Below, one piece after another: positions 1 through 12,250 of a stretch of 64,000 nucleotides of DNA. The notes under the pieces were generated by a model, which had not been told where the DNA came from, searched no databases, and was given only the letters and a program-made list of their open reading frames with translations. The translations under genes were made by a program, and so were the position numbers. Location: positions 108,624,001 through 108,688,000 of the forward strand of contig NC_042999.1 of NCBI RefSeq assembly GCF_006345805.1, written 5' to 3'. The first letter of the stretch is position 1; each line of letters opens with the position of its first letter. This DNA comes from Octopus sinensis. Lineage: Eukaryota.

Positions 1-566
1 AACCACACTTCTTGTTAATATTCTAATTTATGCAAAAAAGCTGTAACTACCTAAATTGTATAATTACCTATAAAACATAACAATACCAGTTTTGATCTGT
101 AATTTATAATTATTTACTCATAAGCAGTCTCTTGACTTTATTATTTTATTATTATTATATCATCATCATTATTATCATTACCTATTTTTTATTTATTCAC
201 TTTTGTCTCTTAAATTAATTGTATTTTTCTACCTTAAGAAAGGTTTACAAATACTTTTATGTCTGTTGTAAAACAGTGAAGTAGCTTCATGATAAAACAT
301 TAAAACTGTTCTCATCACATCAGGATTTTTTCATACTTGTTTTAAACTTTTTCAATTTAAATGATACACTAGTGAAGGTATCAATTTTCCATGACATAAA
401 ATGGATGTCATTCTTATCATTTTGTCAAGGAAGTAATAAAAAACAAAGAAAATAAAATAATTTTTAAATGTATTAAAATGTCACTAGAGAAACTTATTAA
501 AACTCCCTCTGCCTCCCTCTCTCTCTCACTATATATATATATATATAATATATATATATATATAAT

Positions 567-760
567 TATCACTATCATCATTTAATGTCTATTTTACATG
601 CTGGCATGGGCTGGATGGTTTGACTGGAACTGGTAAAGCCAGGAGCTGCACCAAGTTCCATTGTCTGTTCTGACATAGTTTCTATGACTGGATGCCCTTC
701 CTAATGCCAACCATTCCACAGAGTGTACTGGGTACTTTTTATATGGCATCAGCACCAGTG
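567..760 (-). mobile_element. RTE LINE 3'-UTR fragment
   Basis: Reverse complement of the RTE 3' end at 23700-23893 (ggatgcccttcctaatgccaacc core; (ATC)n tail on the left). Confidence 0.8.
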
Positions 761-800
761 CTTTTAACATGGCACCAACACCAGTACCAGTATGTATATG

Positions 801-835
<35 letters not shown>

Positions 836-3800
836 ATATATTTTTTATACTTGTATGCATTTCAGCCCAAAGAGACTTATTCTTTAAAGCTGTTAGTCTG
901 TAATTTAAAGCTTTGGTTACAGTCAGATGCTTTTAATTTCTTATAAAATGTATATTCAAGATATCTAAATTTCGTATTCACTTGTGATAAATGGAATAAC
1001 TATCTTCATGCTACCAGAATAATTTTGAAAAGCAAATGATAAAAATCATATTCTGAATCATCCCAATAAAAGTATATTCTAATATGGGACAAAGTTACTA
1101 AATACTCTCTTTAATAATGAAGTTGTGATTATTTTTCTAAAACTATCTTGTATACATCCCACATGTTTACTCTTAGAGCTCATAAAATAATTCCTTAAAG
1201 GTTTGGTCATGCTGCTTTCCTGTGCCAAAACACACTTTTATATTGTACATGAAATGGTTGTCTCAATTCAAAGACATTGAAATTAGTTCTACCGCCAAGA
1301 TGTTTAGATGAATTAAATAAAGGTTTCTCTAGATTATATTGTTACAATTTCCTTTTATTTGTGAATTTGACCATTAATGTAAATTATGTTTAAAATGGAA
1401 AAAATTTTTTTATTGTCAATGATCATTATATAATGGAATTTGTTTTAGCTATGATTTATACCTAAGTTGGCATTCTTTGAGCAAACATCAAAAGTTATTC
1501 GAATGTGTGACCGCCTTATCTATTTTTTCCAAGAATTGTGTCATCTGAACTACATTATTCAAGGTGCCATTTTTTTTAATTAAAAAAACTATTGGATAGT
1601 TTTGAGAAAAAAATTATGGCTATTTCTAGTAGGTTCAGTGACTATAATTGTTAGTATAAGTGGCAGAAACGGTGGAACAAAAGATGAAATTCTCTGCAAT
1701 ACTTAGTTTCTGTTTCATGTCTTCTAAGATCAAAGGTCACTAGAATTGCCATTGTCTTTCATCATTTCAAAAAGTATTATGATTGATTTAATCAATTGTT
1801 CTATTTCTCTTGAAATGCTGTCATGTGATGAAGAAGTTTATTTTGCAATTACACATGTTTCAAGTTCTAATCACTAGATGCAGCATCTTAGGGAAATGTC
1901 TTCAGGTCAATCTAAGTTTTCTGAGTGAAACTGGGTTGACAAAAACTGTGCAGAAGCTCATTGTAGTACACCTATTCTGTGGTATTATTGCATAACCTAA
2001 TTTTACCTCACTACCTGATCCTTAGGTGCATTTAGCAGTTTACACTGTGCTACAAGTATTCAAACCAGGTCTCTAGTCTGTTGGTTGCTTAATATCTTAT
2101 GGTTCTGTTTCCCACTGAGGAGGAAAAAGAAAAACTAGGGTTTCTTCTTTACTTTTCCTTTCATCTGTTTAGGGGTCTCAGGAAAGATCATGAGTGCTGG
2201 CCTTTCTCCCCTAAACAAACAAAAATAAAGCCAAAAAGAAAAAAAACATTCTATTTCTATAGTCATCATTTACAAAGAAATTTCATTTTTTTTTTTTTTT
2301 TCAAATGTAGCCTAAATATATTTCATAAAATAAAATGTACATATTGTTTATAGTTGAGCATGTTTATACAAAGAATGACTCTTTTCTTCAACATGGAAAT
2401 TAAATCAACATCATTTACTATATTCAATAGTCATCATGCTGAAATTTGAACTAATGTAAGCATCTCAGTTACTGACAAGCCCTCTTCAAGCAGTAACATA
2501 CCATTCCTGTAATAAACTGAATGCTTGATGGTGACCAATCCCCAAACTCAATGTACTAAATAGCATCTTTTATAAAACTTCAATGCTTTTTTTATATGAT
2601 GACAAAAAACTTATCTCAACAGAATTAGAACTTAGAAGTGTTATCAAAGAACTGATTAATCATCCTCTTTAGCCATGCATTCTATTAGTGAGCCATCATC
2701 TTTTCTTAGACCTAGCATATCACATGTAGTTTCACTTATAAGCTTAGGCAAACTTATTTGCTCACTCAACATGTTTTTGATATGATATTGGGCATGTTTT
2801 CATGTTATTCCAACACTAAGGATTTCATTGAAGAAAAATTTAGTTCCTTTATTAGTAAGTTGTGTCATTTAGAAAATTATTCAGTTTGTAAGTATGTGTC
2901 ACTTATTTCAAGCAGTGCAGTAAGTTCAATCTGATATTGAATTAAGTATTGAGCTACTTTCTTTCAGCTGAATTCTGTACATGAAGGCAGGAAGGACATA
3001 AAACTTGTATGAGATGGTATAACAGTCGTATCTAAGGGTAATTTGAACAGCAAAACTAACCAAATTTCTGCAGTGGATAATATTCATAACAAGCAATACT
3101 AAAAAAAAAAAATCCATAGTTGCAACTACTATCAGCTGAATTGGGGCTTTCTCACAAAGCCTTCATAATTGGGCAAAATTTGAATTCATGTTTTATAAGT
3201 CAAATTATTTATTTTAAACTTGCTAAAGATTTGGGGGAAAGACCTTTGACTCTGGAAACAAAACAGAGCTGCTAAAAGGAAACAAACCACTAACCTCTGT
3301 TGATTATTCAGGAATGTATTAACTCATCTACTCTCTAAACTATACCTATTTAAAAACATCCTTATGTGTAGTTAGTGTTGAAAAAAAACACCCCAAGTAT
3401 TTTTTTTCATATTACAGTACTATTAAACATGTGAACTAAAAGTTTTGTTTGCTATTTCAATGTGGGCAAACTATTTCTAATTTCCTGTTTTCTGTGCTTA
3501 TAATAAACAAGTATAAACTGTTTTATACTATTTAACTGCATGAATAAATGCTTACACAACTTTTCATTACTAATACCACAGACTTTAGAAAGGCCTATCC
3601 ATTTTGTTTATTATATTATGACAATTGATAAAGTCTTCTCTTCTGTAAACTATGTTCAAATACATTGACTTCAGTCTCATGACCTGCTTTATACTATTTC
3701 CAGTTATTCTCTTGCTAACTTCCACTAAATTATTGGGAATTTTGTATCTGTGTTTTGGTTACAATCAACTTTCTAAAATGTGAACTTCACCTCTACTATC

Positions 3801-3899
3801 GTTCCTAATATTATCTTTTACAAAATGATTGCTGTTTACACTAGTGATGTTGACTCCAAATCTTTGTTTTATCACAAGCCTATGAGCTCATTAGACCAG

Positions 3900-4095
3900 A
3901 GCTTATCATAGTTTCCATGTCATGTAAGTAACTGAGAGTACAATAATCTCCTTGAATGGACACCAGTCCATTGCAGAGTTAATTCCCAGCTGCTACTGGT
4001 ATTCATTTTCAGTTGATTGAACTGGAGCAATATGAAATGAAATGCTTTTCTAAAGAAGCCCCTGCATCACTTGGTCTTGAAAATGAGACCCTAAT
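3900..4095 (-). mobile_element. Decayed tRNA-derived SINE fragment (family of 7466-7710)
   Basis: The reverse complement shares ttgctccagttcaatcaactgaaaatgaat and gcaatggactggtgtcc with the 7466 and 34480 copies. Confidence 0.55.
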
Positions 4096-4400
4096 GGCAA
4101 TGTCACATACTTTCTCAAACTTAGAGCAGTCTTGGGTATGGAAGTCATAGAATTCATGATCTTGTGACACTGCTCACCCAACTAATAAACTGATATGCAT
4201 TACTTTGATATGCATTACTTCAATGTCTGCACAAAACAAAAAACATGAGTGCAAGTGGAATTTAAAAAAGGATGCAGTTCTCCAGCCACACAACCACTTT
4301 TGAGCCTATACACATACATATCTGCCTGTCTGTCTATCTATCTAGCTATTCATCCATATATATAAGAGAACAAAGTGTACGTATGCCGCTATATATATAT

Positions 4401-4736
4401 ATGTATGTATCAAATACAAAATGGGACAAGAATGTAAAACATCCGAACAACTAGGTGATACGAAAAGGGACAACAAAACATCCAGATAGACAATACAAAA
4501 AAACAAGGACGGGTCATTCAAAGCCTTTTATCCTCAGTCAAGAACCGGATCATCCTCGCAATTTTGGCTTCTTGAGCAACCGAAATTGTGAGGATGATCC
4601 AGTTCTTTACTGAGGATAAAAAGCTTTGAATGACCTGTCCTTGCTTTTTTGTATTGTCTATCTGGATGTTTTGTTGTCCCTTTATGTATCACCTAGTTGT
4701 TCGGATGTTTTGCGTTCTTGTCCCATTTTGTATTTT

Positions 4737-4750
<14 letters not shown>
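4401..4750. repeat. ~350-bp near-perfect palindrome (foldback element) between TA-rich tracts
   Basis: Left arm caaatacaaaatgggacaag...ggatcatcctcgcaattttgg pairs with right arm ccgaaattgtgaggatgatcc...cttgtcccattttgtattttatac. Loop about 12 nt near 4570-4582. Confidence 0.9.
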
Positions 4751-4785
<35 letters not shown>

Positions 4786-5162
4786 CAGTGTTGCAAAATG
4801 GGTTACAAATGAGCTTTGTAAAGAATCAGAAATGGATCAATGCTGAAGTATTTTCTGTCTTAGAAGTATAGTCTTTGAGCAATTGTTTGGGCTACATTGT
4901 ATATATTTGTTCTGTTGTTCATCCATTTTGTAATCATTTTTCCAACATGGGTTGTAGGGATATATTATTGCTCTATTGCTTTAAAGTTGGATGGCCTTCC
5001 TGACACTAAGCGTTACCTATTTTGGAAGTAAAGGATTTCACACATCATCAAAGTTGCTAAGTGACTGAGCAATTTGTTAACAAAAACAGTACCAATTTCA
5101 TTCTTAGCTTATGATTTCCATTGAGCATGATTGTAAGCAAACACACACACACATGCACATAA

Positions 5163-5465
5163 GTATGACAGGTTTCATTCAGTTTTTGTCTACCAAATTC
5201 ACTCTCCAGGTTTGGGTTCACCTGATGCTACAGTAGAAAAAATTTACTCTGATGTGACTTGGAAGTAAACATTTTAACCACAAAACCATGCCTCCACATA
5301 TGATGTGTGTGTGTGTGTGTGTGTGTATTCTTTTATTTGTTTTTGTCATTTGGCTGCAGTCATGGTGAAGCACCACCTTGGAGGGTTTTAGTCAAACAAA
5401 TTGACCCCAGGATTTATTTCTTAAGCCTAGTGCTTATTCTATCGGACTCTTTTACTGGACTGCTA
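5163..5465 (-). mobile_element. Two SINE family-1 fragments (head and tail)
   Basis: Reverse-complement matches to the head (gtctaccaaattcactc) and tail (gcaccacc...ttgaccccagg...aagcctagtgcttattctat) of the 53830 SINE. Confidence 0.6.
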
Positions 5466-5726
5466 CTTCACCATATGATTGGGAAGCAATCTTACCATAC
5501 AGTCACCATGAGAAATCATCACAGACCTTAAAATTTGAGGGATTTGTGTTGACCATATGTAAAGGAGATGTGGTACAAAATAGTCTTTGTCATCTTGAAG
5601 TAAACCAAGTATATTTTGATGTTGGGAAGAAACTGACTGGTTTCTAGATTTATCCATTTGACAATGTAAATCTCTGAAACTGTGGTTCTGCTTTGCATCA
5701 GTCTTACAGAATTATTGTTGGCAATA

Positions 5727-5801
5727 CCGTCCAACCCATGCTACCGTCCAACCCATGCTAGCATGGAAAGCAGACGTTAAACGATGATGATGATGATGAT
5801 G
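5727..5801 (+). mobile_element. Extreme 5'-truncated RTE insertion (3' tip only)
   Basis: ccgtccaacccatgctagcatggaaagcagacgttaaacgatgatg matches the RTE terminus. aatacc occurs on both sides (candidate TSD). Confidence 0.85.
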
Positions 5802-7203
5802 AATACCATATCATTTATTTTATTCATTTTGTTTGTTTGTTTTTTAAGGAAAAGAAAAATTAATAAAATAAGTTCTAAGTCTGTTAAACTACAAAAACAA
5901 TAACTTGATTTGCTCCTGAATGTCATAATACTCCATTGACTTGACCTTCCTGTCAGTTTTCTCATTGGTTGAATATTCTCTCACTCTCACTTTTATGATT
6001 TTGCTTTCATCTACTTCTACCACAATCTAATTTATTTTTTTCTAAATTCTTTTTATAAAAAATTCAATTTCTTTATTTTTCTTTTATACATCGCAATAAT
6101 ATTTTTTGAAAAACTATTTTCTCTGACAAACTATTTTTCAATGGACATTATTAAACTTTTCACTATATTTATTGTTTTTATTTTTTCCCTTTTTCTTTTT
6201 TTCCACTGAAAATCAATCTGATCATATTTGTAGATCAGTTTTATATACATTTTAAAATCATTGCTGTTGCACTTAGCATGTGGAGAAGAATAAATTGTTC
6301 AATATGATTGGTTGGATCATACCTGCCATTGCTTAGCAACAAAAATATAAACAGTTATGGAGATAATGTAATTATTGATTTCAGTCAATAACATTAATGC
6401 ACTCTCTAAAGCAAATAAAAGTAGCATATATTTAGAAATATGTAAACATATTTAAGATTTGTATAAGAACACACATTCTAAAAGTGTAACATACTTTTGT
6501 TTAGAGTAAACAAAAGCAGTTATGGCTTGCCCCAGTCTGTAGAGTATGTAACTTTGTTACCAATCAAAATAAATATTGTTAATTGTTATAACTTTCTACT
6601 GATTTAAGTTCTAGGCTCCACTATTTAACTTTGGTTCCCCTTTTGATTTTCTTAAATAGCTTTTCACTATTATTTGAGATATTTGCACTGATTTTACTCA
6701 TGAGGCTATGTATAGCCTCATATTTATTTTGGATGGGAACTTAGATTGTGTGACAGTCATGCTTTTCTATAATACATTAACAATATGAGTGATACACCTA
6801 TACCCTGAATAAAGCAAGTTCATGGTAACTGCTTGCTTCATCTCTCCTCTACTGCACAGTATTGCAATTATAAACAATGAAATTTAATTATAGTTTATCT
6901 CGAAGAAGGCTGTTGAATTATAAATACTATAAAATTATGAACACATGAAAATAATTTTATTTTACCTTTTTATTACTATGATAATGATGATGATTACAGA
7001 GCAGTTTGAATATAATCTATGTTTCTATTGTGAAAAATAGTGCTTCTCAAGGTGAGAAATGCCATTCCCTGAAGTGGGATTGAAATATTTAGATGAATAC
7101 AGGTGACAAAAAGGATAGTAGTGGAATGATAGAACATCTGTGCAGTTTTTTTTCAATCTTTGCTATTTAAATATGAACTTTATATATTGATTGATATATA
7201 TAT

Positions 7204-7391
7204 ATCATCATCATCATCATCATTTAGCGTCCGCTTTCCATGCTAGCATGGGTTGAACGGTTCAACTGGGGTCTGTGAAGCTGGAAGGCTTCGTCAGGCC
7301 CAGTCAGATCTGGCAGTGTTTCTACGGCTGGATGCCCTTCCTAACGCCAACCACTCCATGAGTGTAGTGGGTGCTTTTTACGTGCCACCTG

Positions 7392-7393
<2 letters not shown>
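7204..7393 (-). mobile_element. RTE LINE 3'-UTR fragment, young-looking
   Basis: High identity by eye to the reverse complement of 23695-23893; (CAT)n tail. Confidence 0.9.
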
Positions 7394-7459
<66 letters not shown>

Positions 7460-7465
7460 CATACA

Positions 7466-7710
7466 GTGGAGGTGCATGGCTTAGTGGTTAGGGTGTCAGC
7501 ATCATGATCATAAGATTGTGGTTTCAATTCCTGGACCAGGCGACACATTTTGTTCTTGAACAAAACACTTCATTTCACGTTGCTCCAGTCCATTCAGCTG
7601 GCAAAAATGAGTAATGCTGCGATGGACTGATGTCCCATTCAGCTGGGGAACACATACTCCATTTAAACCGGGAAACCCATGAGCCTGGCTAGGCTTTAAA
7701 AGGGCACATT
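7466..7710 (+). mobile_element. tRNA-derived SINE (family 2)
   Basis: Box A tggcttagtggtt and box B gtttcaattcc, then the body cacttcatttcacgttgctccagtc shared with the 34480 and 46115 copies. Confidence 0.8.
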
Positions 7711-7724
7711 TATTATATTATTTT

Positions 7725-7780
<56 letters not shown>

Positions 7781-7790
7781 TATATACAAA

Positions 7791-8410
7791 TATGCTGTGC
7801 TTGAGAAGACTCGGCAAGCGCGAGTGAGACCATAACTTTGTGGCCTATGCCAGGGGTGTAACCAGTCCGCTTATGTGAGCCTTTCCTGCATTGGACACTA
7901 AACTCTGCTTGCGAAGACCTGTTGAGTCAAGTGAAATCGAAATCAAATTCGATGACTGGCATCCGTGCTAGTGGAGCACTAAGAGTACCATATGAGTGTG
8001 ATTGTTGCCAGAGCAACAAGCTGGCCTCCATGCCGATGGCATGTAAAAAACACCATTCAAGCGTGATCGTTACCTGCATTGCCTTACTGGCACTTGTGCT
8101 GTTGGCACGTGAAAAAACATTCGAGCAAGGTCATTGCCAGTGCTGCTGGACTGGCTCCTGTGCAGGTGGCACATAAAAAGCACCATTTGAGCATGGCTTT
8201 TGCCAGTACTGCCTGACTGGTCCTTGTGCTGGTGGCACGTAAAAGCACCCACTACACTCTTGGAGTGGTTGGTATTAGGAAGGACATACAGCTGTAGAAA
8301 CTCTGCCAGATCAGATTGGAGTCTGGTGTAGCCATCTGGTTCTCCAGACCTCAGTCAAATCGTCCAACCCATGCTAACATGGAAAGTGGATGTTAAACAA
8401 TGATGATAAT
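7791..8410 (+). mobile_element. RTE LINE 3' region with a tandemly repeated 3'-UTR
   Basis: Starts at the YAVLEKT-coding end of the ORF (cf. 23490), has about five ~63-bp units with tggcacRtaaaaagcacc, and ends in the RTE terminus plus (GAT)n. Confidence 0.85.
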
Positions 8411-9252
8411 GGTAATATATATATATTTAATGCCTGGTAGCTGTAAGTGGTGAACATTCTCTCAAAGCATACTACTAGGTACGTACCTAAAAACAAGGTT
8501 TAGATACTATCTCTTAAACATAACCTATATATAACAGTAAGCTATTTGTTAGTCACGATCAAAACATTCATGACAATAACAATAATGAAAGACTTTGAAA
8601 GAAACAAAACTGAATATATGCTATCTATGCATGCAAATAATTAAAGTGATTTAAATGATACTGTCAAAAGTTGTAATTATTTCTATGCATGTAATAAAGA
8701 TGGCCACTTCATTTGTAGTGTTAGTTAATTAACATTTTGACATCTATGCATGCACACACAAACATACACATATTTACATATATATAGACATATGCATATT
8801 TGTATATTGTATGTTTAATTTTGCTGAATTTTATCTAGGGAACATTGACAAAGTGCTAATAAAAGAAAGTGGGTTTATAGTTAAAGCAATTTCAAGTTTA
8901 TAGTCAAAGCAAATTTCTTTGTCATGTATAGGGTAATTCAACAAAATTATTTGATAATCAAGTAGAAAGTTTTCACAAGCTGTTGTGATATTTAAAGTAG
9001 GATGATTTAATTCAAGATATTTCAAGTGTTTTCCTCATTTAGTACATGAATAAGATTGTTACTATTTTTGTGCCTGTTTTTTCTATAGTGCCATCCATGG
9101 GTTCAAGGAGACAGCATTGTATGGCTAAACACTCTTCCTATCACCAATCCTTACTTGTTTTCACTGATTGAAACTGATGAAACCATAGTGGTTTTGTTTC
9201 TGATCAAACTAAAAACTGTTGATCTAACATTGTTTACAAGTGATGTGAAAAA

Positions 9253-9448
9253 CGAGTCTAGGACATTTATCCCCCCATGGACAATGACCCCCCCCCCCAG
9301 AAGAATTACTCCTGAGGGCAACAGATGATGATTTAGAACTTCTTAATATATTGGAGAAGGGGTAATTAACCAAGGGGGGTAACTGTCCTAGGGGGTAGAT
9401 GTTATCAGAGGGAATTGTCATATGGTGGGGAGTAATTGTCCTGATACG
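9253..9448. mobile_element. MITE-like non-autonomous DNA element with an 8-9 bp TSD
   Basis: Imperfect TIRs and inverted subterminal ggacaatNacccccc / ggggggtaaNtgtcc repeats. gtgaaaaa(c) is directly repeated at 9245 and 9449. Confidence 0.7.
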
Positions 9449-9523
9449 GTGAAAAACATCAGCATTGCACAAATAGTGTCTATGTGAAGATACACAGAAA
9501 CTAGCATTTATACACACTGTACA

Positions 9524-9563
<40 letters not shown>

Positions 9564-9627
9564 CACAACATTACGCAAACACAAACATATATTTATGACA
9601 GGATTCCATGCAGTTTCTATTATTTAA

Positions 9628-10244
9628 CCCTTTAGCATTTAAACAGGCCATATCCAGTCCAAATATTCTACCTGTTATGTGTTTAAACTGACCGGATCTA
9701 GCCTCTCACAACTGCCTTACAATGTCATTATAAAAATAAACACTCATATCTTTGAAATTTCAAAGCTTCAAAATAATATAGAATTAATTTTAAAAAATGT
9801 GAATGGTGTGGCTGTGTAGTAGGTAGCTTGCTTACCAACCACATGGTTCCAGGTTCAGTCCCTTTGCGTGGCACCTTGAGCAAATGTCTTCTACTGTAGC
9901 CTCGGGCCAACCAAAAGCCTTGTGAGTGGATTTGGTTGATGGAAACTGAAAAAAACACATCGTATATTTATTATATGCATATATTTTTGTGTTTGACCCC
10001 ACCCCCACTATTGCTTGACAACCGATGTTGGTGTGTTTACATCCCCATAACTTAACAGTTCAGTAAAGGAGACCAACAGCATAAGTACTAGGCTTACAAA
10101 GAATAAGTACTGCTTTGACTAAAATCTCTTTGAGGCAGTGTTCCAGTGTGGCTGCAGTCAAAGTAACTGAACCAAATAAAAGAATATAAAAACAAATAAA
10201 TAAATACACAATACATTTGACAAAGAAATCTGAAAGCTAAAGGG
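9628..10244. mobile_element. TTAA-targeting (piggyBac-like) MITE interrupted by a SINE
   Basis: TTAA|ccctttagc at 9624-9636 and gctaaaggg|TTAA at 10236-10248. Confidence 0.75.
9805..10185 (+). mobile_element. Full-length tRNA-derived SINE family 1 (CORE-like domain)
   Basis: Box A-like tggctgtgtagt, box B ggttcagtccc, CORE-like gcaccttgagcaaatgtctt, and tail ccagtgtggctgcagtcaaagtaactga. Confidence 0.85.
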
Positions 10245-12092
10245 TTAAATTTCACAGGCCAGACATTACATACTATTACCTTCAACAATCATTTTAGTTA
10301 ACTGCATTTAATTTATATAAAATATCAATTAAGTTCTACTTTAAATGATTTAATGTTGCAACTCCTAATGTCCCAAGAATTATTGATTGTATTAAGAAGA
10401 AAATTCTTTGCCTTATTGCTAGATCCCTCAATATTGAAAATCTTCAACCTTTGATCCATCATGATCATTTCTTTTTTGCATCTTTCTACTAACAGTTTCA
10501 GCTCTTGTGTTTTTGTCAGCTGCAATCCACTTCCATTCAAACATACCTGGTACCATCTATTGTTATTCTCTTTCCTACTGTCACTGTTTCTCACTAAAGC
10601 CTGAACCAAACATTTTATTTCAAAACAACTGGTCTTTTAAAGTACATTCTCTTCAGGCTTCTATTCTAAAAGTGAACTCCATACTCTCTGACCAATCACT
10701 TTTTAAAAAAAATTATATGTCCAAGAAGTAAATGACTATAGATAGGGGAAAGATCCTATCTGCAAGTTTGTGACCTAACTCAACCAATATAATTTACTAT
10801 AAAATACACCTGATATTCAGAGGATGAAATATATGCTGCTATTGCTCAGGATATTGTGGAAGTGTTATATATACTGGTAAATTTAAAGTAGATGAACTGA
10901 AAGATATTAAGATACATATAGTGAAGCCATTACCTATAACTCGAGTGAATCCAGCAAATAAATGTTACCTCATAACACTGATAACAAATCTGTTCATATA
11001 GCATTAAAAGCTAGAAATGAGGAGTTGGAAGAGAGAGATACAAAATGGCATGTAAGATTTAAAGGCTGTAATATATTTATGCTGATGGATAACTAACTGG
11101 GAAATGCAACACGGTTAAAGATGACTATGCATTCATCAAAGGTAACTTACTGCAAACTCCAGATCATATTTTTATATTAACCAAATTTTCTGAATATGAA
11201 ATACATTTTGAACTGTTTGCTACATTATGCCAATCAGCAGAGTCTATCTAAAGGTGAGAGCAACTGAAGGTTTCAGTGTACTTTAATAGGTTAAATGCAT
11301 TTAATAATAGCTGCAGTATAATAAAATGAGAGAGAAGAAAAAAAAAATCAATGCTGTTTGAGGGATATAGCTTACAAACTTCAAGAGAGTGAATAATACA
11401 GTGTTCCTCAGTAAATTAATTGGAAATCTGTTTGTAAGTTAAGGGAAACACGAATTAACAAAAGAATTAGTTACATTAGGGGAGACATAACTGAATTACG
11501 GTAGTATACATTTAAAAGAAGCCTAAGATAAGGTGGAAGTAAATATGTTATTTACTGATTACACTGAACATTATCTTCTATACATGATGTGTCAACAACT
11601 TCAGCATCTTCAGACTACAGGGGTGTCATTGTAAAGTAAATATTCAAGTACTTGAAGTTGCTAAACCGGCTGTGTATTTTAAAGTTAGTTGGTACAGCTT
11701 ATCTGGGGGAAAGGTTAACTTTAAATGAGAAACTAAAAAATGTTATTATGTAACAAAACATTATTTCTAATTTTCTTGCATCAACGTATCCACTACATTC
11801 TTTTCAATGTTTCAGTTTTTTTAACATCTAAACTCAAATTACTCTTGGTAGTTCATTTGCTTCTAAGCTAATTAGAACAGGCAAAATTGAGACAGCTCAT
11901 GATTCATATACCTGGAAAAATACATCTTTACCAGTTCAACTATTATGAAGCAAGTTTTTGTTTAATTATAAAATGGATATGCATGTGTGTGTGTGCATAT
12001 AAATAAATAAATAAATATATATATATATGATAAATATATATATATATATATATATATATCCACATACATATGTATGCACATTGATATATAGG

Positions 12093-12250
12093 CTAGGCAT
12101 GGTTGTGTGGTGAAGAAATTTGTTTCTCAACTGTGTAGTTTCGGGTTCAGTCACACTGTGCATCACATGGGCAAGTTCCTTCAACTGTAGTTCTGGGCTA
12201 ACATCCTTTGGGGTGGACCTGATTGGCAGAAGCTAAAAGAAGTCCATCCT
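12093..12250 (+). mobile_element. Decayed SINE family-1 head
   Basis: ggcatggttgtgtggtgaagaa...gggttcagtcacactg...gggcaagttcctt. Confidence 0.65.

Noticed and set aside
4605-4640. CUGAGGA in the palindrome arms as a hammerhead core
   Set aside because: It is followed by GAAU rather than GAAA, with no valid stem III or NUH.
7466-7545. tRNA gene
   Set aside because: Boxes A and B are present but there is no cloverleaf, and it continues into a SINE body.
7955-8250. Regular repeats resembling a CRISPR array
   Set aside because: Eukaryotic DNA; the spacers are homologous to each other, the array lies in an RTE 3'-UTR, and there are no cas genes.
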